Source of the DNA: Clostridia bacterium
GTDB lineage: Bacteria > Bacillota > Clostridia > RGIG6154
Direction of reading: 5' to 3'
Assembly (NCBI GenBank): GCA_045589295.1
Contig: JAZNOU010000019.1
Coordinates: 1-38,382, forward strand
DNA: 38,382 nucleotides
Each line of letters starts with the position of its first letter. Positions within the stretch are counted from its first letter, which is position 1. The notes under the pieces are model-generated. The model was not told the origin of the DNA. It made no database searches and was given only the letters and a program-made list of their open reading frames with translations. Both the position numbers and the translations under genes were made by a program. Below are positions 1-9,203 of the stretch, piece by piece.

Positions 1-8
1 TTTTTCAT
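1..8 (-). CDS. tnpA: Start (MK...) of probable IS200 transposase, truncated by the window edge
   Basis: Minus strand reads GGAGGatttatctATGAAAAA. Identity is inferred only from the IS-end context. Confidence 0.55.
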
Positions 9-56
9 AGATAAATCCTCCAATGTGTTTTTATTTTCGACTGGCAGGTCGCATTT

Positions 57-85
57 ATTATAACACATTGGAGGATTTTTGTTCA
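57..85 (-). promoter_or_regulatory. Putative sigmaA promoter for tnpA (extended -10)
   Basis: Minus strand TGAACA-17 bp-TATAAT with TGn extension (tgtgttataat). Confidence 0.5.
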
Positions 86-136
86 TCGGTTAACCTTTTT
101 AGAACCACGCGACTATCGCGTGGTTTTCGTTATACA

Positions 137-170
137 AAAAACAAGCAAACCATTAGGTTTGCTTGTTTTT
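137..170 (-). terminator. Intrinsic terminator of rubrerythrin gene (bidirectional shape)
   Basis: aaaaacaagcaaacc-atta-ggtttgcttgttttt perfect inverted repeat 5 nt past the stop. Confidence 0.85.
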
Positions 171-175
171 ATTGC

Positions 176-718
176 TTAATAATTTTCTTTTCTTACTTCA
201 AAATAACTTTGTGGATGGTTACATACAGGGCAGATGCCAGGGGCACAAGTTCCGGTATGGATATGGCCACAGTTTCTGCATTCCCAAGTTGTTTCAGCTT
301 CTTTTTTGAATACTTTTTCTTCTTTAATATTATTTAAAAGCGCGAGATATCTATCTTCGTGACTCTTTTCGATAGCAGCAACGCCTCGGAATTTTGCTGC
401 CAATGCGGTAAAGCCTTCTTCTTCGGCTTCTTTTGCCATTCTTGCATACATATCTGTCCACTCAGAGTTTTCACCTTCTGCAGCGTGAAGAAGATTTTCT
501 GCTGTATCACCAAGTTCGCAAAGTTCTTTGAACCAAAGTTTAGCATGCTCTTTCTCGTTTTCAGCAGTTTTGGTGAAAAATTCTGCTATCTGTTCAAATC
601 CGGCTTTTTTTGCAACAGAAGCAAAATATGTATACTTGTTTCTTGCTTGTGATTCTCCTGCAAACGCTTCCCATAAATTTTTTTCTGTTTTTGTTCCTGA
701 GTAAGGATTTTTATTCAT
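176..718 (-). CDS. rbr: Rubrerythrin
   Basis: [12 protein letters not shown] and ENEKEHAK di-iron motifs, C-terminal rubredoxin-like CRNCG...CPVCNHP, RBS AAGGAG. Confidence 0.95.
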   Translation of the reverse strand: MNKNPYSGTKTEKNLWEAFAGESQARNKYTYFASVAKKAGFEQIAEFFTKTAENEKEHAKLWFKELCELGDTAENLLHAAEGENSEWTDMYARMAKEAEEEGFTALAAKFRGVAAIEKSHEDRYLALLNNIKEEKVFKKEAETTWECRNCGHIHTGTCAPGICPVCNHPQSYFEVRKENY

Positions 719-780
719 TATTCAACACTCCTTTTATTTAATTATATTACACAGAAGTGAAAAAGTCAAATTTTATATTA

Positions 781-810
781 GCATATATTATTAATGTGTC
801 GCATATATAT
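781..810 (+). promoter_or_regulatory. Putative sigmaE-type promoter for spoIVA
   Basis: gcATAtat...16 nt...CATATAT fits ATA-N16-18-CATAcaT. spoIVA is a known sigmaE target. Confidence 0.4.
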
Positions 811-841
811 TTACAAACAATTGTGCGGGAGGAAGTCTGAA

Positions 842-2314
842 ATGAACAATATTTATCAAGATATTTCAACAAGAACAAATGGTGACATATACATTGGAGT
901 TGTCGGGCCGGTAAGGACAGGTAAATCAACCTTTATCAAAAGGTTTATGGAAGAATTGGTTTTACCAAACATTACAGATACTTATAAAAAAGAGCGTGCA
1001 GTTGATGAGCTTCCACAAAGTGCTGCAGGCAAGACAATAATGACAACTGAGCCCAAATTTATTCCTGATGAGGCTGTTAAAGTGGTTGTTGACGGAAATG
1101 CCAGTATGAACGTAAGAATGATTGATTGTGTGGGATATGTTGTTAATTCTGCAATGGGGCACACAGAAGAAGACTTGCCTAGAATGGTGTCAACACCATG
1201 GTATGAGGAGGAGATCCCATTTGTAGAGGCGGCAGAAATTGGTACAAAAAAAGTTATTTCTGAACATTCAACAATTGGAATAGTAGTTACTACTGATGGT
1301 AGTATTACTGAAATACCGCGTGATGAATATGTTCAGGCTGAAGAGAGAGTTATAAAAGAGCTTAAAGCGATAAATAAACCATTTTTAATACTGTTAAATT
1401 GTTTAAATCCTGAAGCTGATCATACTGTGGAGTTGAAAAACAAATTAGAACATAAGTATGATTCAACAGTTATAGCAGTTAATTGCCAAACTTTAGGTGA
1501 ACGTGATATTAATAATATAATAAAAAGTATATTGCAAGAATTTCCAATAAGCGAGGTTAAAATAAATCTGCCAACTTGGATAGAAAATTTATCCTCAGAG
1601 CATTGGTTAAGTAATGATGTAAATACTCTCATAAAACAGTCCCTGGAAAAAGTGAGTAGGATAAGGGATGTTAAAAAAATTCAAGCAAATTTGTCGCAAG
1701 GAGAAAATGTTTCAGAATGTATTGTGACATCCAAAGATTTGGGTAAAGGTAGTGTTACATTATGTGTTAAAGTCAATGATGAACTGTTCTACAAGGTGTT
1801 GGGAGAAAAATCCGGTTTTGAAATAACTGGGCAGGAAAGTCTAATAAGTTTGATTTCAAGTCTTGCAGAAATGAAAAGAGAATATGACAAGGTATCGTTT
1901 GCACTATCTGAGGTTAGCAGAAAAGGTTACGGGATAGTTTCTCCTACCATAGATGAACTAGTTTTAGAAGAACCACAAATTGTAAAACAGGGCGGGCGAT
2001 ATGGTGTTAAATTAAAAGCTTCGGCGCCATCAATACATATGATAAGAGCAGATATTGAAACAGAAGTTTCGCCGATAGTTGGAACTGAAAAACAGTCAGA
2101 AGATTTAGTGAAATATCTTCTTCAGGAATTTGAAGTAGATCCCAAAAAAATTTGGGAAACAAATATATTTGGCAAATCGCTTCACGAACTTGTAAATGAA
2201 GGCTTGAATAATAAGCTGTACAGGATGCCTGATGATGCGCAAGTTCGGCTTCAGGAAACTTTGCAAAAAATTGTTAATGAGGGAAGCGGAGGACTTATTT
2301 GTATTATACTATAA
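842..2314 (+). CDS. spoIVA: Stage IV sporulation protein A
   Basis: IYIGVVGPVRTGKSTFIKRF Walker A, MTTEPKF, C-terminal NEGSGGLICIIL. Start moved to ATG 842 after GGAGG. Confidence 0.97.
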   Translation: MNNIYQDISTRTNGDIYIGVVGPVRTGKSTFIKRFMEELVLPNITDTYKKERAVDELPQSAAGKTIMTTEPKFIPDEAVKVVVDGNASMNVRMIDCVGYVVNSAMGHTEEDLPRMVSTPWYEEEIPFVEAAEIGTKKVISEHSTIGIVVTTDGSITEIPRDEYVQAEERVIKELKAINKPFLILLNCLNPEADHTVELKNKLEHKYDSTVIAVNCQTLGERDINNIIKSILQEFPISEVKINLPTWIENLSSEHWLSNDVNTLIKQSLEKVSRIRDVKKIQANLSQGENVSECIVTSKDLGKGSVTLCVKVNDELFYKVLGEKSGFEITGQESLISLISSLAEMKREYDKVSFALSEVSRKGYGIVSPTIDELVLEEPQIVKQGGRYGVKLKASAPSIHMIRADIETEVSPIVGTEKQSEDLVKYLLQEFEVDPKKIWETNIFGKSLHELVNEGLNNKLYRMPDDAQVRLQETLQKIVNEGSGGLICIIL

Positions 2315-2319
2315 TTTAA

Positions 2320-2345
2320 AAAGAGATGGCAGATGCCATCTCTTT
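2320..2345. terminator. Bidirectional terminator between spoIVA and ftsK
   Basis: aaagagatggc-agat-gccatctcttt between convergent stops. Confidence 0.85.
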
Positions 2346-2348
2346 ATT

Positions 2349-4736
2349 CTAATATTTTTTGGGTTCTTCAAATATACCACTTGCTTTTAATTCAAGATAT
2401 TGTTCTTTAGTAAGAAGAATTTGGCGAGGCTTGCTTCCTTCTGAAGGACCAACAATTCCACGTTCTTCCATTTGGTCCATAATTCTTCCGGCTCTGGCAT
2501 AACCAACACTTAGTTTTCTTTGTATCATAGAGGTTGAAGCTTGTCCAAGTTCCATTATTATGTCAATTGCTTTTGGGAGAAGTTCATCATTATCGCCAGG
2601 ATCGCTGACGTCAGTTTTTTCCCTCTCTGTTTGTTCGTGTTTGGCAATGTGTTCATCAATATCATGGTTGTAATGTGCACTTGCATTAGTTTTTACAAAT
2701 GTGACGAGTTTTTCAACTTCAGAATCTGAAATAAATGCGCCTTGTATACGTTTTGGTTTTGATGAACCTACGGGGTGGTAAAGCATATCTCCGCGACCAA
2801 GTAACTTTTCTGCGCCTGCCATATCCAAAATAGTTCTGGAGTCAACCTGTGAAGATACCGAAAACGCAATTCTTGATGGAATATTTGCTTTTATAATACC
2901 GGTTATAACATTAACAGATGGCCTTTGTGTTGCGATGACAAGATGCATTCCGGCAGCACGGGCAAGCTGTGCCAAACGACAGATGGAATCTTCAACTTCA
3001 TTTGGAGCCACCATCATAAGGTCAGCTAACTCATCAATGATAATAACAACCTGAGGCATTTGTTTAAACCCTTTTTCAGCAGCAACAGCGTTGTAGCCTT
3101 TGATATCTCGCACTTTAGCTTCGGAAAACATATCGTAGCGCTTCATCATTTCGGTTACAGCCCAGGAAAGTGCTCCGGCAGCTTTTTTTGCTTTTGTTAC
3201 AACAGGGGTGTCAAGATGTGGAATGCCATCATAAACTTTGAGTTCAACAACTTTTGGATCAATTAGTAATAGCTTTACTTCATTCGGATTTGCTTTATAC
3301 ATAATACTGGTAATGATTGAATTAATGCATACACTTTTACCTGAACCTGTAGCGCCTGCTATTAATAGATGTGGCATTTTTGCAAGATCAATGATGATAG
3401 GTGCACCGCTTATATCTTTTCCCAGTGCAACTGCGAGTTTTGACGGGTGATTTCTAAATTCATCACAATCTATAACTTCGCGCATTGAAACCATATCAAC
3501 GTCAGCGTTTGGAACCTCGATGCCAATGGCAGCTTTTCCTGGAATTGGAGCTTCAATTCTAACGCCTTGTGCGGCAAGGTTAAGGGCGATATCATCAGCT
3601 AAATTTACGATTTTGCTAACTTTAACTCCAGCCATCGGTTGTAATTCGTATCGTGTAATGGTTGGACCTTTTGTAACCTGGAGAATTTTTGCTTTTACGC
3701 CAAAACTATCAAGTGTATCAACAAGCTTTCTGGCGTTATTCATCAGTTCTGATTCTTTTACAGTTCTTTTGTTTTTTTTGTTTGCTTTTAACATATCAAC
3801 AGAAGGGAAAATATAGTTTTCTATGTATTCAAAATCCCCATCCTCGTAGTATGTGGGAGTTTGCGGTTCATCGCTGTCAATGTTAAGGGCAACTTGGTTG
3901 TCGGGTTCGATAATGGAATCAGCATATGCAGAATCTATTGTTTCTGGAATAATAGGTGAGTCTGGACCTATAATAATATCTTCATCTTCAGGTATGACAA
4001 TTTCATCATAATCAGATCCGTTATTAGTGATAATTCTCGGTTCAAAATCAATTGAAGATGAATAATTATCTATTTCGTTATCATCAGAAAGTGCATCTTT
4101 TATTGCCTGAATTTTTTTTGCACGTTTTTCTTCGCGTTCTGCTTCTCGTTGCTTAATGTGGTTTTCGGTAGCAGTCTTAATAGATCTTGCACATTTTTCA
4201 GCATTATCAACAAGTGATATTCTAAAGATAATAACTACACTGATCAATATACCTGCTATATATACAATCATAGTGCCGGTTTCACCAATAAGTTTTGAAA
4301 GAGCAATGTTTATAAGTCCACCAAACACACCACCGCCACTTACGATAGTGCCGCTTATGTATAATTCACCAAGTGTTTCAAAGAAACCATTATCATGTGT
4401 TGTTCCGCTAAAAAACTCAAACAAAGCAGAAATTGTTAATAATATTACTCCAAGCGTAACATAAATATATCGATATTTTTTTATTTGTTTTTCAATTATC
4501 AGGTTTGTACCTAATGCAAGAACTAAGAATGGGACCATAAATGCAGAAAAAGAGAACAAGCCTAATAAAACATCACGAATAATCCCACCAATATAACCAG
4601 TTCCGGAAGTAAACATTGCAGCAATCAGGAAGAATGCAACAGCAACAAATGCAACAGCTACTATTTCCGGCAGAATACTTTTTTTGGTTGTTTGGATTTT
4701 AGATTCTTTTTTATTTTTTTTCTTTTTTGCAGCCAC
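2349..4736 (-). CDS. ftsK: DNA translocase FtsK/SpoIIIE
   Basis: N-terminal TM segments, acidic linker, [30 protein letters not shown], gamma domain [16 protein letters not shown] start with AAGGAG. Confidence 0.96.
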   Translation of the reverse strand: MAAKKKKNKKESKIQTTKKSILPEIVAVAFVAVAFFLIAAMFTSGTGYIGGIIRDVLLGLFSFSAFMVPFLVLALGTNLIIEKQIKKYRYIYVTLGVILLTISALFEFFSGTTHDNGFFETLGELYISGTIVSGGGVFGGLINIALSKLIGETGTMIVYIAGILISVVIIFRISLVDNAEKCARSIKTATENHIKQREAEREEKRAKKIQAIKDALSDDNEIDNYSSSIDFEPRIITNNGSDYDEIVIPEDEDIIIGPDSPIIPETIDSAYADSIIEPDNQVALNIDSDEPQTPTYYEDGDFEYIENYIFPSVDMLKANKKNKRTVKESELMNNARKLVDTLDSFGVKAKILQVTKGPTITRYELQPMAGVKVSKIVNLADDIALNLAAQGVRIEAPIPGKAAIGIEVPNADVDMVSMREVIDCDEFRNHPSKLAVALGKDISGAPIIIDLAKMPHLLIAGATGSGKSVCINSIITSIMYKANPNEVKLLLIDPKVVELKVYDGIPHLDTPVVTKAKKAAGALSWAVTEMMKRYDMFSEAKVRDIKGYNAVAAEKGFKQMPQVVIIIDELADLMMVAPNEVEDSICRLAQLARAAGMHLVIATQRPSVNVITGIIKANIPSRIAFSVSSQVDSRTILDMAGAEKLLGRGDMLYHPVGSSKPKRIQGAFISDSEVEKLVTFVKTNASAHYNHDIDEHIAKHEQTEREKTDVSDPGDNDELLPKAIDIIMELGQASTSMIQRKLSVGYARAGRIMDQMEERGIVGPSEGSKPRQILLTKEQYLELKASGIFEEPKKY

Positions 4737-4829
4737 TTTTATATCTCCTTATATGTAATACATATATAATATCATATTTTTGTCAAAAAAGCTATACTTT
4801 GTTTGGATTTATGAATATAATTTTTTTAT

Positions 4830-4858
4830 TTGACAACAGCAAAGCAGTATGATAAACT
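4830..4858 (+). promoter_or_regulatory. sigmaA promoter of DMT transporter gene
   Basis: TTGACA-17 bp-TAAACT with TG extension. Confidence 0.65.
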
Positions 4859-4887
4859 CTAAAGGTATATTTTTGAAAGGTGATTTT

Positions 4888-5760
4888 ATGTCAAAAGAGG
4901 TTAAGTCAACAATTTATCTTATAATAACTGCGGTTATATGGGGATTTGCGTTTGTAGCACAGCGAGTAGGAACGCAATTTGTAGAATGCTTTACTTATAA
5001 TGGTATAAGATATGCTTTGGGTGCAGTTTCATTGCTACCAGTAATATTGGTGTTTGAAAGAGAGAAACTTACAAAATCTAGCATTAAAAAAACGCTTATA
5101 GCATCAATTATTACCGGATCAATTTTGTTTACGGCAGCATCTTTGCAACAAGTAGGTATTGAAATTGGACAAAGTGCGGGAAAAGCTGGGTTTATCACGA
5201 GCCTATACATAGTTTTAGTTCCAATTTTCAGACTTTTTACAGGAAAAAAGTCTGGACTGACAACATGGATGGGTGTTATACTTTCATCTGTTGGTTTGTA
5301 TCTTCTTTGTGTTTCGGGGGTTACTTCTGTAAATTTTGGTGATGTAGTAATATTTGTTGGAGCTTTTTTCTGGGCAGCTCACATTCTTGTTATTGATAAA
5401 TTTGTTGAAGATATAAGTCCACTAAAATATTCAATGGGGCAGTTTCTAACGTGCGCAATTTTAAGCCTTGTGTGTGCGTTTATATTTGAAAGTCCCAAAA
5501 TTGATGCAATAAACAGCGCGATAATCCCTATCTTATACGGCGGGCTTATGTCCGTTGGAGTTGCATACACTTTACAGGTAGTTGGACAACGTGGTGTAAG
5601 CCCTGAATTTGCTTCTATTATTTGTTCAACAGAAGCAGTTTTTAGCGCAATCGGTGGAGCGATCATCTTAGGAGAAACAATGACAGTGCGCGGATATGTA
5701 GGTTGTGTATTAATATTTATTGGTATATTACTTGCGCAATTTAAAAAGAGTAAAAATTAG
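4888..5760 (+). CDS. DMT/EamA-family transporter
   Basis: About 10 hydrophobic segments, IWGFAFVAQ, GFITSLYIVLVP, AYTLQVVGQ. Start at ATG 4888 after AAGGTG. Confidence 0.9.
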   Translation: MSKEVKSTIYLIITAVIWGFAFVAQRVGTQFVECFTYNGIRYALGAVSLLPVILVFEREKLTKSSIKKTLIASIITGSILFTAASLQQVGIEIGQSAGKAGFITSLYIVLVPIFRLFTGKKSGLTTWMGVILSSVGLYLLCVSGVTSVNFGDVVIFVGAFFWAAHILVIDKFVEDISPLKYSMGQFLTCAILSLVCAFIFESPKIDAINSAIIPILYGGLMSVGVAYTLQVVGQRGVSPEFASIICSTEAVFSAIGGAIILGETMTVRGYVGCVLIFIGILLAQFKKSKN

Positions 5761-5768
5761 GTTAATAT

Positions 5769-5802
5769 AAGACAGATGATCTTGCTTGTCTGTCTTTTAT
5801 TT
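5769..5802 (+). terminator. Intrinsic terminator after DMT gene
   Basis: aagacagatga...ttgtctgtctt followed by T-rich tract. Confidence 0.65.
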
Positions 5803-5957
5803 GTTTAATAATTTATATCTAGTATTGTTTTTTTGTGTTGTATTGTGTTATAATAACATAAGAAAACAGTGTCATATGAATTATGTTATAATTTGTAATG
5901 TAAATAATACTTGTAAGATATTTATTTAATTAAATATCCGTTTAGTGAGGAATATAA

Positions 5958-7493
5958 ATGATTTCGATTATTAATAGTTTTGGATTAAATGGAATTGATG
6001 GATATATTGTTACGGTTGAGGTCGATGTTGGTAATGGTATGCCAATGTTCGATATTGTAGGCTTACCTGATGTTGCTGTAAAAGAAAGTAGACAACGTGT
6101 TAAAAGCGCTTTGAAAAACACCCAAATTAATCTTCCTGCAAAAAAGTACGTTGTAAATCTTGCACCTGCTGATATGAAGAAGGAAGGTGCTGTTTATGAT
6201 GTTCCTGTCGCAATCGGTGTCATTTCCAGCCTTGGACTTGTTAATTTTGGCGATTTGTCTGAAAGTATGTTCTTGGGTGAACTTTCGCTAACCGGAGATA
6301 TTCGTGAGGTTAAAGGAGTTTTACCTGCAGCAATTTGCGCCAAAAATAACGGAATAAAAAATATCTTTGTTCCGTTTAAAAATGCAGAAGAGGCAGCGAT
6401 TGTTGATGGAATTAATGTATTCCCATGTGAGTGTATAAAAGATATTATTATGCATTTTACGAAAGAAAATGTTATAAAGCCGATAAAAGTTGATGTTAAA
6501 AAATATTTCGAATGCATACAGTTTCAAGATGTCGATTTTTCGGATGTTAAAGGACAGGAAAATGTGAAAAGGGCATTAGAAATTGCGGCAGCCGGAGGTC
6601 ATAATTGCCTGTTGATAGGGAGCCCTGGTAGTGGTAAAACAATGTTAGCTAAACGTATGCCCACCATACTGCCTGATTTGACTTTTGATGAGGCACTTGA
6701 AATAACAAAAATTCATAGTGTTGCAGGAAATTTGCTTAACAGTGTGCCAATTGTTACAAAACGACCCTTTAGGTCACCGCACCATACTATTTCTACAGTT
6801 GCTTTGTCAGGCGGAGGCTCAACCCCAAAGCCTGGAGAAGTGAGTCTTTCACACCATGGTGTTTTATTTTTAGATGAATTCCCAGAATTTAAAAAAGAGG
6901 CAGTTGAGGTTTTAAGACAGCCATTGGAAGATAGAACAGTAACGGTATCGAGAGTTCAGTCAACAATGACATATCCGTGTAATTTTATGCTGATAGCAGC
7001 AATGAACCCTTGTAGATGCGGGTATTACGGTGACCCAAACCATGAATGTACTTGTACAGAGCATCAGATAAGTCAATATCTATCAAAAATAAGCGGTCCT
7101 GTACTTGACAGAATTGATTTACATATTGAAATTAATCCTGTGAAATATGATGATCTTGGTACGTCTTCTTGTACTGAAAAATCTGCTGATATTAAAGTAA
7201 GAGTTAATAAAGCCAGAGCAATTCAGCAAAAAAGATATGCAGGAGAGGGCTTGTATTCTAATTCGCAAATGTCAACAAAACATATTGAAAAATATTGCAA
7301 ATTAGGAAATCAGGAAAATTTATTATTGAAAACTGCCTTTGAAAAATTAGGTCTTAGTGCAAGGGCGTATGACAGGATTTTAAAGGTAGCAAGAACAATC
7401 GCTGATCTTGATGAAAGTGAAAATATTACAACAAAACATATTTCTGAGGCAATTCAGTACAGAAATCTTGACAGAAAATATTGGAATAGATGA
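5958..7493 (+). CDS. comM: YifB/ComM Mg-chelatase-like AAA+ ATPase
   Basis: IVGLPDVAVKESRQRV, GSPGSGKT, PFRSPHHT, GEVSLSHHGVLFLDEFPEF, AAMNPCRCG, ARTIADL. Confidence 0.93.
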   Translation: MISIINSFGLNGIDGYIVTVEVDVGNGMPMFDIVGLPDVAVKESRQRVKSALKNTQINLPAKKYVVNLAPADMKKEGAVYDVPVAIGVISSLGLVNFGDLSESMFLGELSLTGDIREVKGVLPAAICAKNNGIKNIFVPFKNAEEAAIVDGINVFPCECIKDIIMHFTKENVIKPIKVDVKKYFECIQFQDVDFSDVKGQENVKRALEIAAAGGHNCLLIGSPGSGKTMLAKRMPTILPDLTFDEALEITKIHSVAGNLLNSVPIVTKRPFRSPHHTISTVALSGGGSTPKPGEVSLSHHGVLFLDEFPEFKKEAVEVLRQPLEDRTVTVSRVQSTMTYPCNFMLIAAMNPCRCGYYGDPNHECTCTEHQISQYLSKISGPVLDRIDLHIEINPVKYDDLGTSSCTEKSADIKVRVNKARAIQQKRYAGEGLYSNSQMSTKHIEKYCKLGNQENLLLKTAFEKLGLSARAYDRILKVARTIADLDESENITTKHISEAIQYRNLDRKYWNR

Positions 7494-7562
7494 TTATTTC
7501 GTTATAGGGTATATTTGTATATCATATATTTTATTAAATTTGTTTTATAAGGGGAGAGACAG

Positions 7563-8633
7563 TTGAAAATTGCTATGACAGGTGGAGGGACTTCAGGTCA
7601 TGTTACACCAAATATCGCTTTGTTTCCCAGACTTAGAAGTCTTGGTTTTGATATAATATATTTAGGCACAAAAGAGGGTATTGAGTTTAAGCTTATATCG
7701 GAGGAAAAAGTACCTTTTTTTGAAATACAGGCTGGAAAATTAAGAAGATACATTGATATGAAAAATGTCAAAGATATATCAAAAATATGTCGAGGTTTTC
7801 TTCAAGCATACAAAATTTTGAAAAAAGAAAAACCTGACATTGTTTTTAGTAAAGGTGGTTTTGTTTCATGCCCTGTGGTTTGGGCTGCTGCACAACTTAA
7901 AATACCTGTTGTATTACATGAGTCAGATTATACTCCGGGTCTTGCAAATAAATTGTGTATACCATTTGCAACTAAAATATGTTATTCATTCCCCGAAACA
8001 GCAAAGTTTTTGCCTTCAGAAAAGAGTGTGTTTACGGGTATTCCGGTGAGAACTGAATTGATTTTAGGAGATGCTCAAAAAGGTAATGCCTTTTGTGGAT
8101 TCAAGGGAGAAAAACCCGTTCTTACAATAATAGGCGGAAGCCAGGGGGCTGCTTTTATTAATGAAATTATCAGAGCTAATCTGAAGGAATTGTTGAAAAC
8201 ATTTAATATTTGCCATCTTTGCGGAAAAGGAAAAGTCGAACAAACGTTGCTTAATATTGATGGTTACTGTCAATTTGAATATGTTACTAATGAACTTAAG
8301 GATATATTTGCAATTACAGATGTTTTTGTGTCCAGATCAGGTGCTACTGCAATTTTTGAATTGCTGGCAATGAATAAGCCTATGCTACTTGTGCCATTGT
8401 CCAAAAAAGTCAGCAGAGGAGATCAGATATTAAATGCAAAATCTTTTAAAAAGTCAGGTTACGCGGAGTGCGTGCTTGAAGAAGAACTTTCTGTTAGCAA
8501 CTTTATAGGAAGTGTTTTTAAATTATATGAGGAACGTGAGAAATACGTTTATAATCAATCGGATACAGATGTGTTAAAAAATGTTGATAAAATTATTAAT
8601 GTGATAAATTTAGTATTAGAGGAAAGAAAATAA
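7563..8633 (+). CDS. murG: Undecaprenyl-PP-MurNAc-pentapeptide GlcNAc transferase
   Basis: TGGGTSGHVTP, SKGGFVS, HESD, GGSQGA, SRSGA, DQILNA. TTG start with GGGGAG. Confidence 0.93.
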   Translation: MKIAMTGGGTSGHVTPNIALFPRLRSLGFDIIYLGTKEGIEFKLISEEKVPFFEIQAGKLRRYIDMKNVKDISKICRGFLQAYKILKKEKPDIVFSKGGFVSCPVVWAAAQLKIPVVLHESDYTPGLANKLCIPFATKICYSFPETAKFLPSEKSVFTGIPVRTELILGDAQKGNAFCGFKGEKPVLTIIGGSQGAAFINEIIRANLKELLKTFNICHLCGKGKVEQTLLNIDGYCQFEYVTNELKDIFAITDVFVSRSGATAIFELLAMNKPMLLVPLSKKVSRGDQILNAKSFKKSGYAECVLEEELSVSNFIGSVFKLYEEREKYVYNQSDTDVLKNVDKIINVINLVLEERK

Positions 8634-9202
8634 TGTATTTAGTTGTTGGGTTGGGTAATCCTGGAGAAAAATATGCATTTACAAGACATAATGCAGGCTT
8701 TTTGGCAATTGATTATATAAGTCAAAAACATAATATTGAAATAAAAAAAATCAAGAATAAAGCTTTGATTGGTGAAGGGTATATTGCCGGCGAAAAAGTT
8801 ATCTTAGCAAAGCCACAGACATTTATGAATTTGAGTGGTGAAAGCGTAAGAGAACTGATTTCTTGGTATAAAGTTGATGTTGATAACATAGTTGTGATAT
8901 ATGATGACGTATCTATGCCGCTTGGCAGTCTCAGGATAAGAGAAAAAGGTAGTGCAGGTGGACACAACGGAATAAAGTCAATTATTTCCCAAATTAACTC
9001 AGATGTGTTTACGCGCTTTAAAATTGGCGTTGACCAAAAACCGGAGGAGTATGATTTGGCAGACTATGTACTTGGTAAATTTACTAAGGACGAACAAAAA
9101 ATAATTTTCGAAACTTTTGAGAAAATTAATTTTGCAGTAGAAGAATTTATAAAGAACGGGCCAAAATCTGCAATGAATAAATATAATTTTATCAGGAGCT
9201 AA
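8633..9202 (+). CDS. pth: Peptidyl-tRNA hydrolase
   Basis: VGLGNPG, TRHNAGF, KPQTFMNLSG, GGHNG. Confidence 0.97.
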   Translation: MYLVVGLGNPGEKYAFTRHNAGFLAIDYISQKHNIEIKKIKNKALIGEGYIAGEKVILAKPQTFMNLSGESVRELISWYKVDVDNIVVIYDDVSMPLGSLRIREKGSAGGHNGIKSIISQINSDVFTRFKIGVDQKPEEYDLADYVLGKFTKDEQKIIFETFEKINFAVEEFIKNGPKSAMNKYNFIRS

Positions 9203-9203
9203 T

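Larger units (their letters stand above)
1..133 (-). mobile_element. Left end and 5' leader of an IS200/IS605-family (tnpA) element, running off the left edge
   Basis: Subterminal hairpin aaccacgcga-cta-tcgcgtggtt (103-125) resembles the hairpin at 37960-37978 next to tnpA. A 17-bp inverted repeat (13-29/62-78) covers a GGAGG RBS ahead of a minus-strand ATG at 8-6. A 12-mer is shared in inverse with the tnpA trailer at 38038-38049. Exact boundary uncertain. Confidence 0.75.

Noticed and set aside
23-652. Plus-strand ORFs opposite rbr, and the many short antisense ORFs across the window
   Set aside because: Shadow frames of well-supported genes, with no RBS or motifs.
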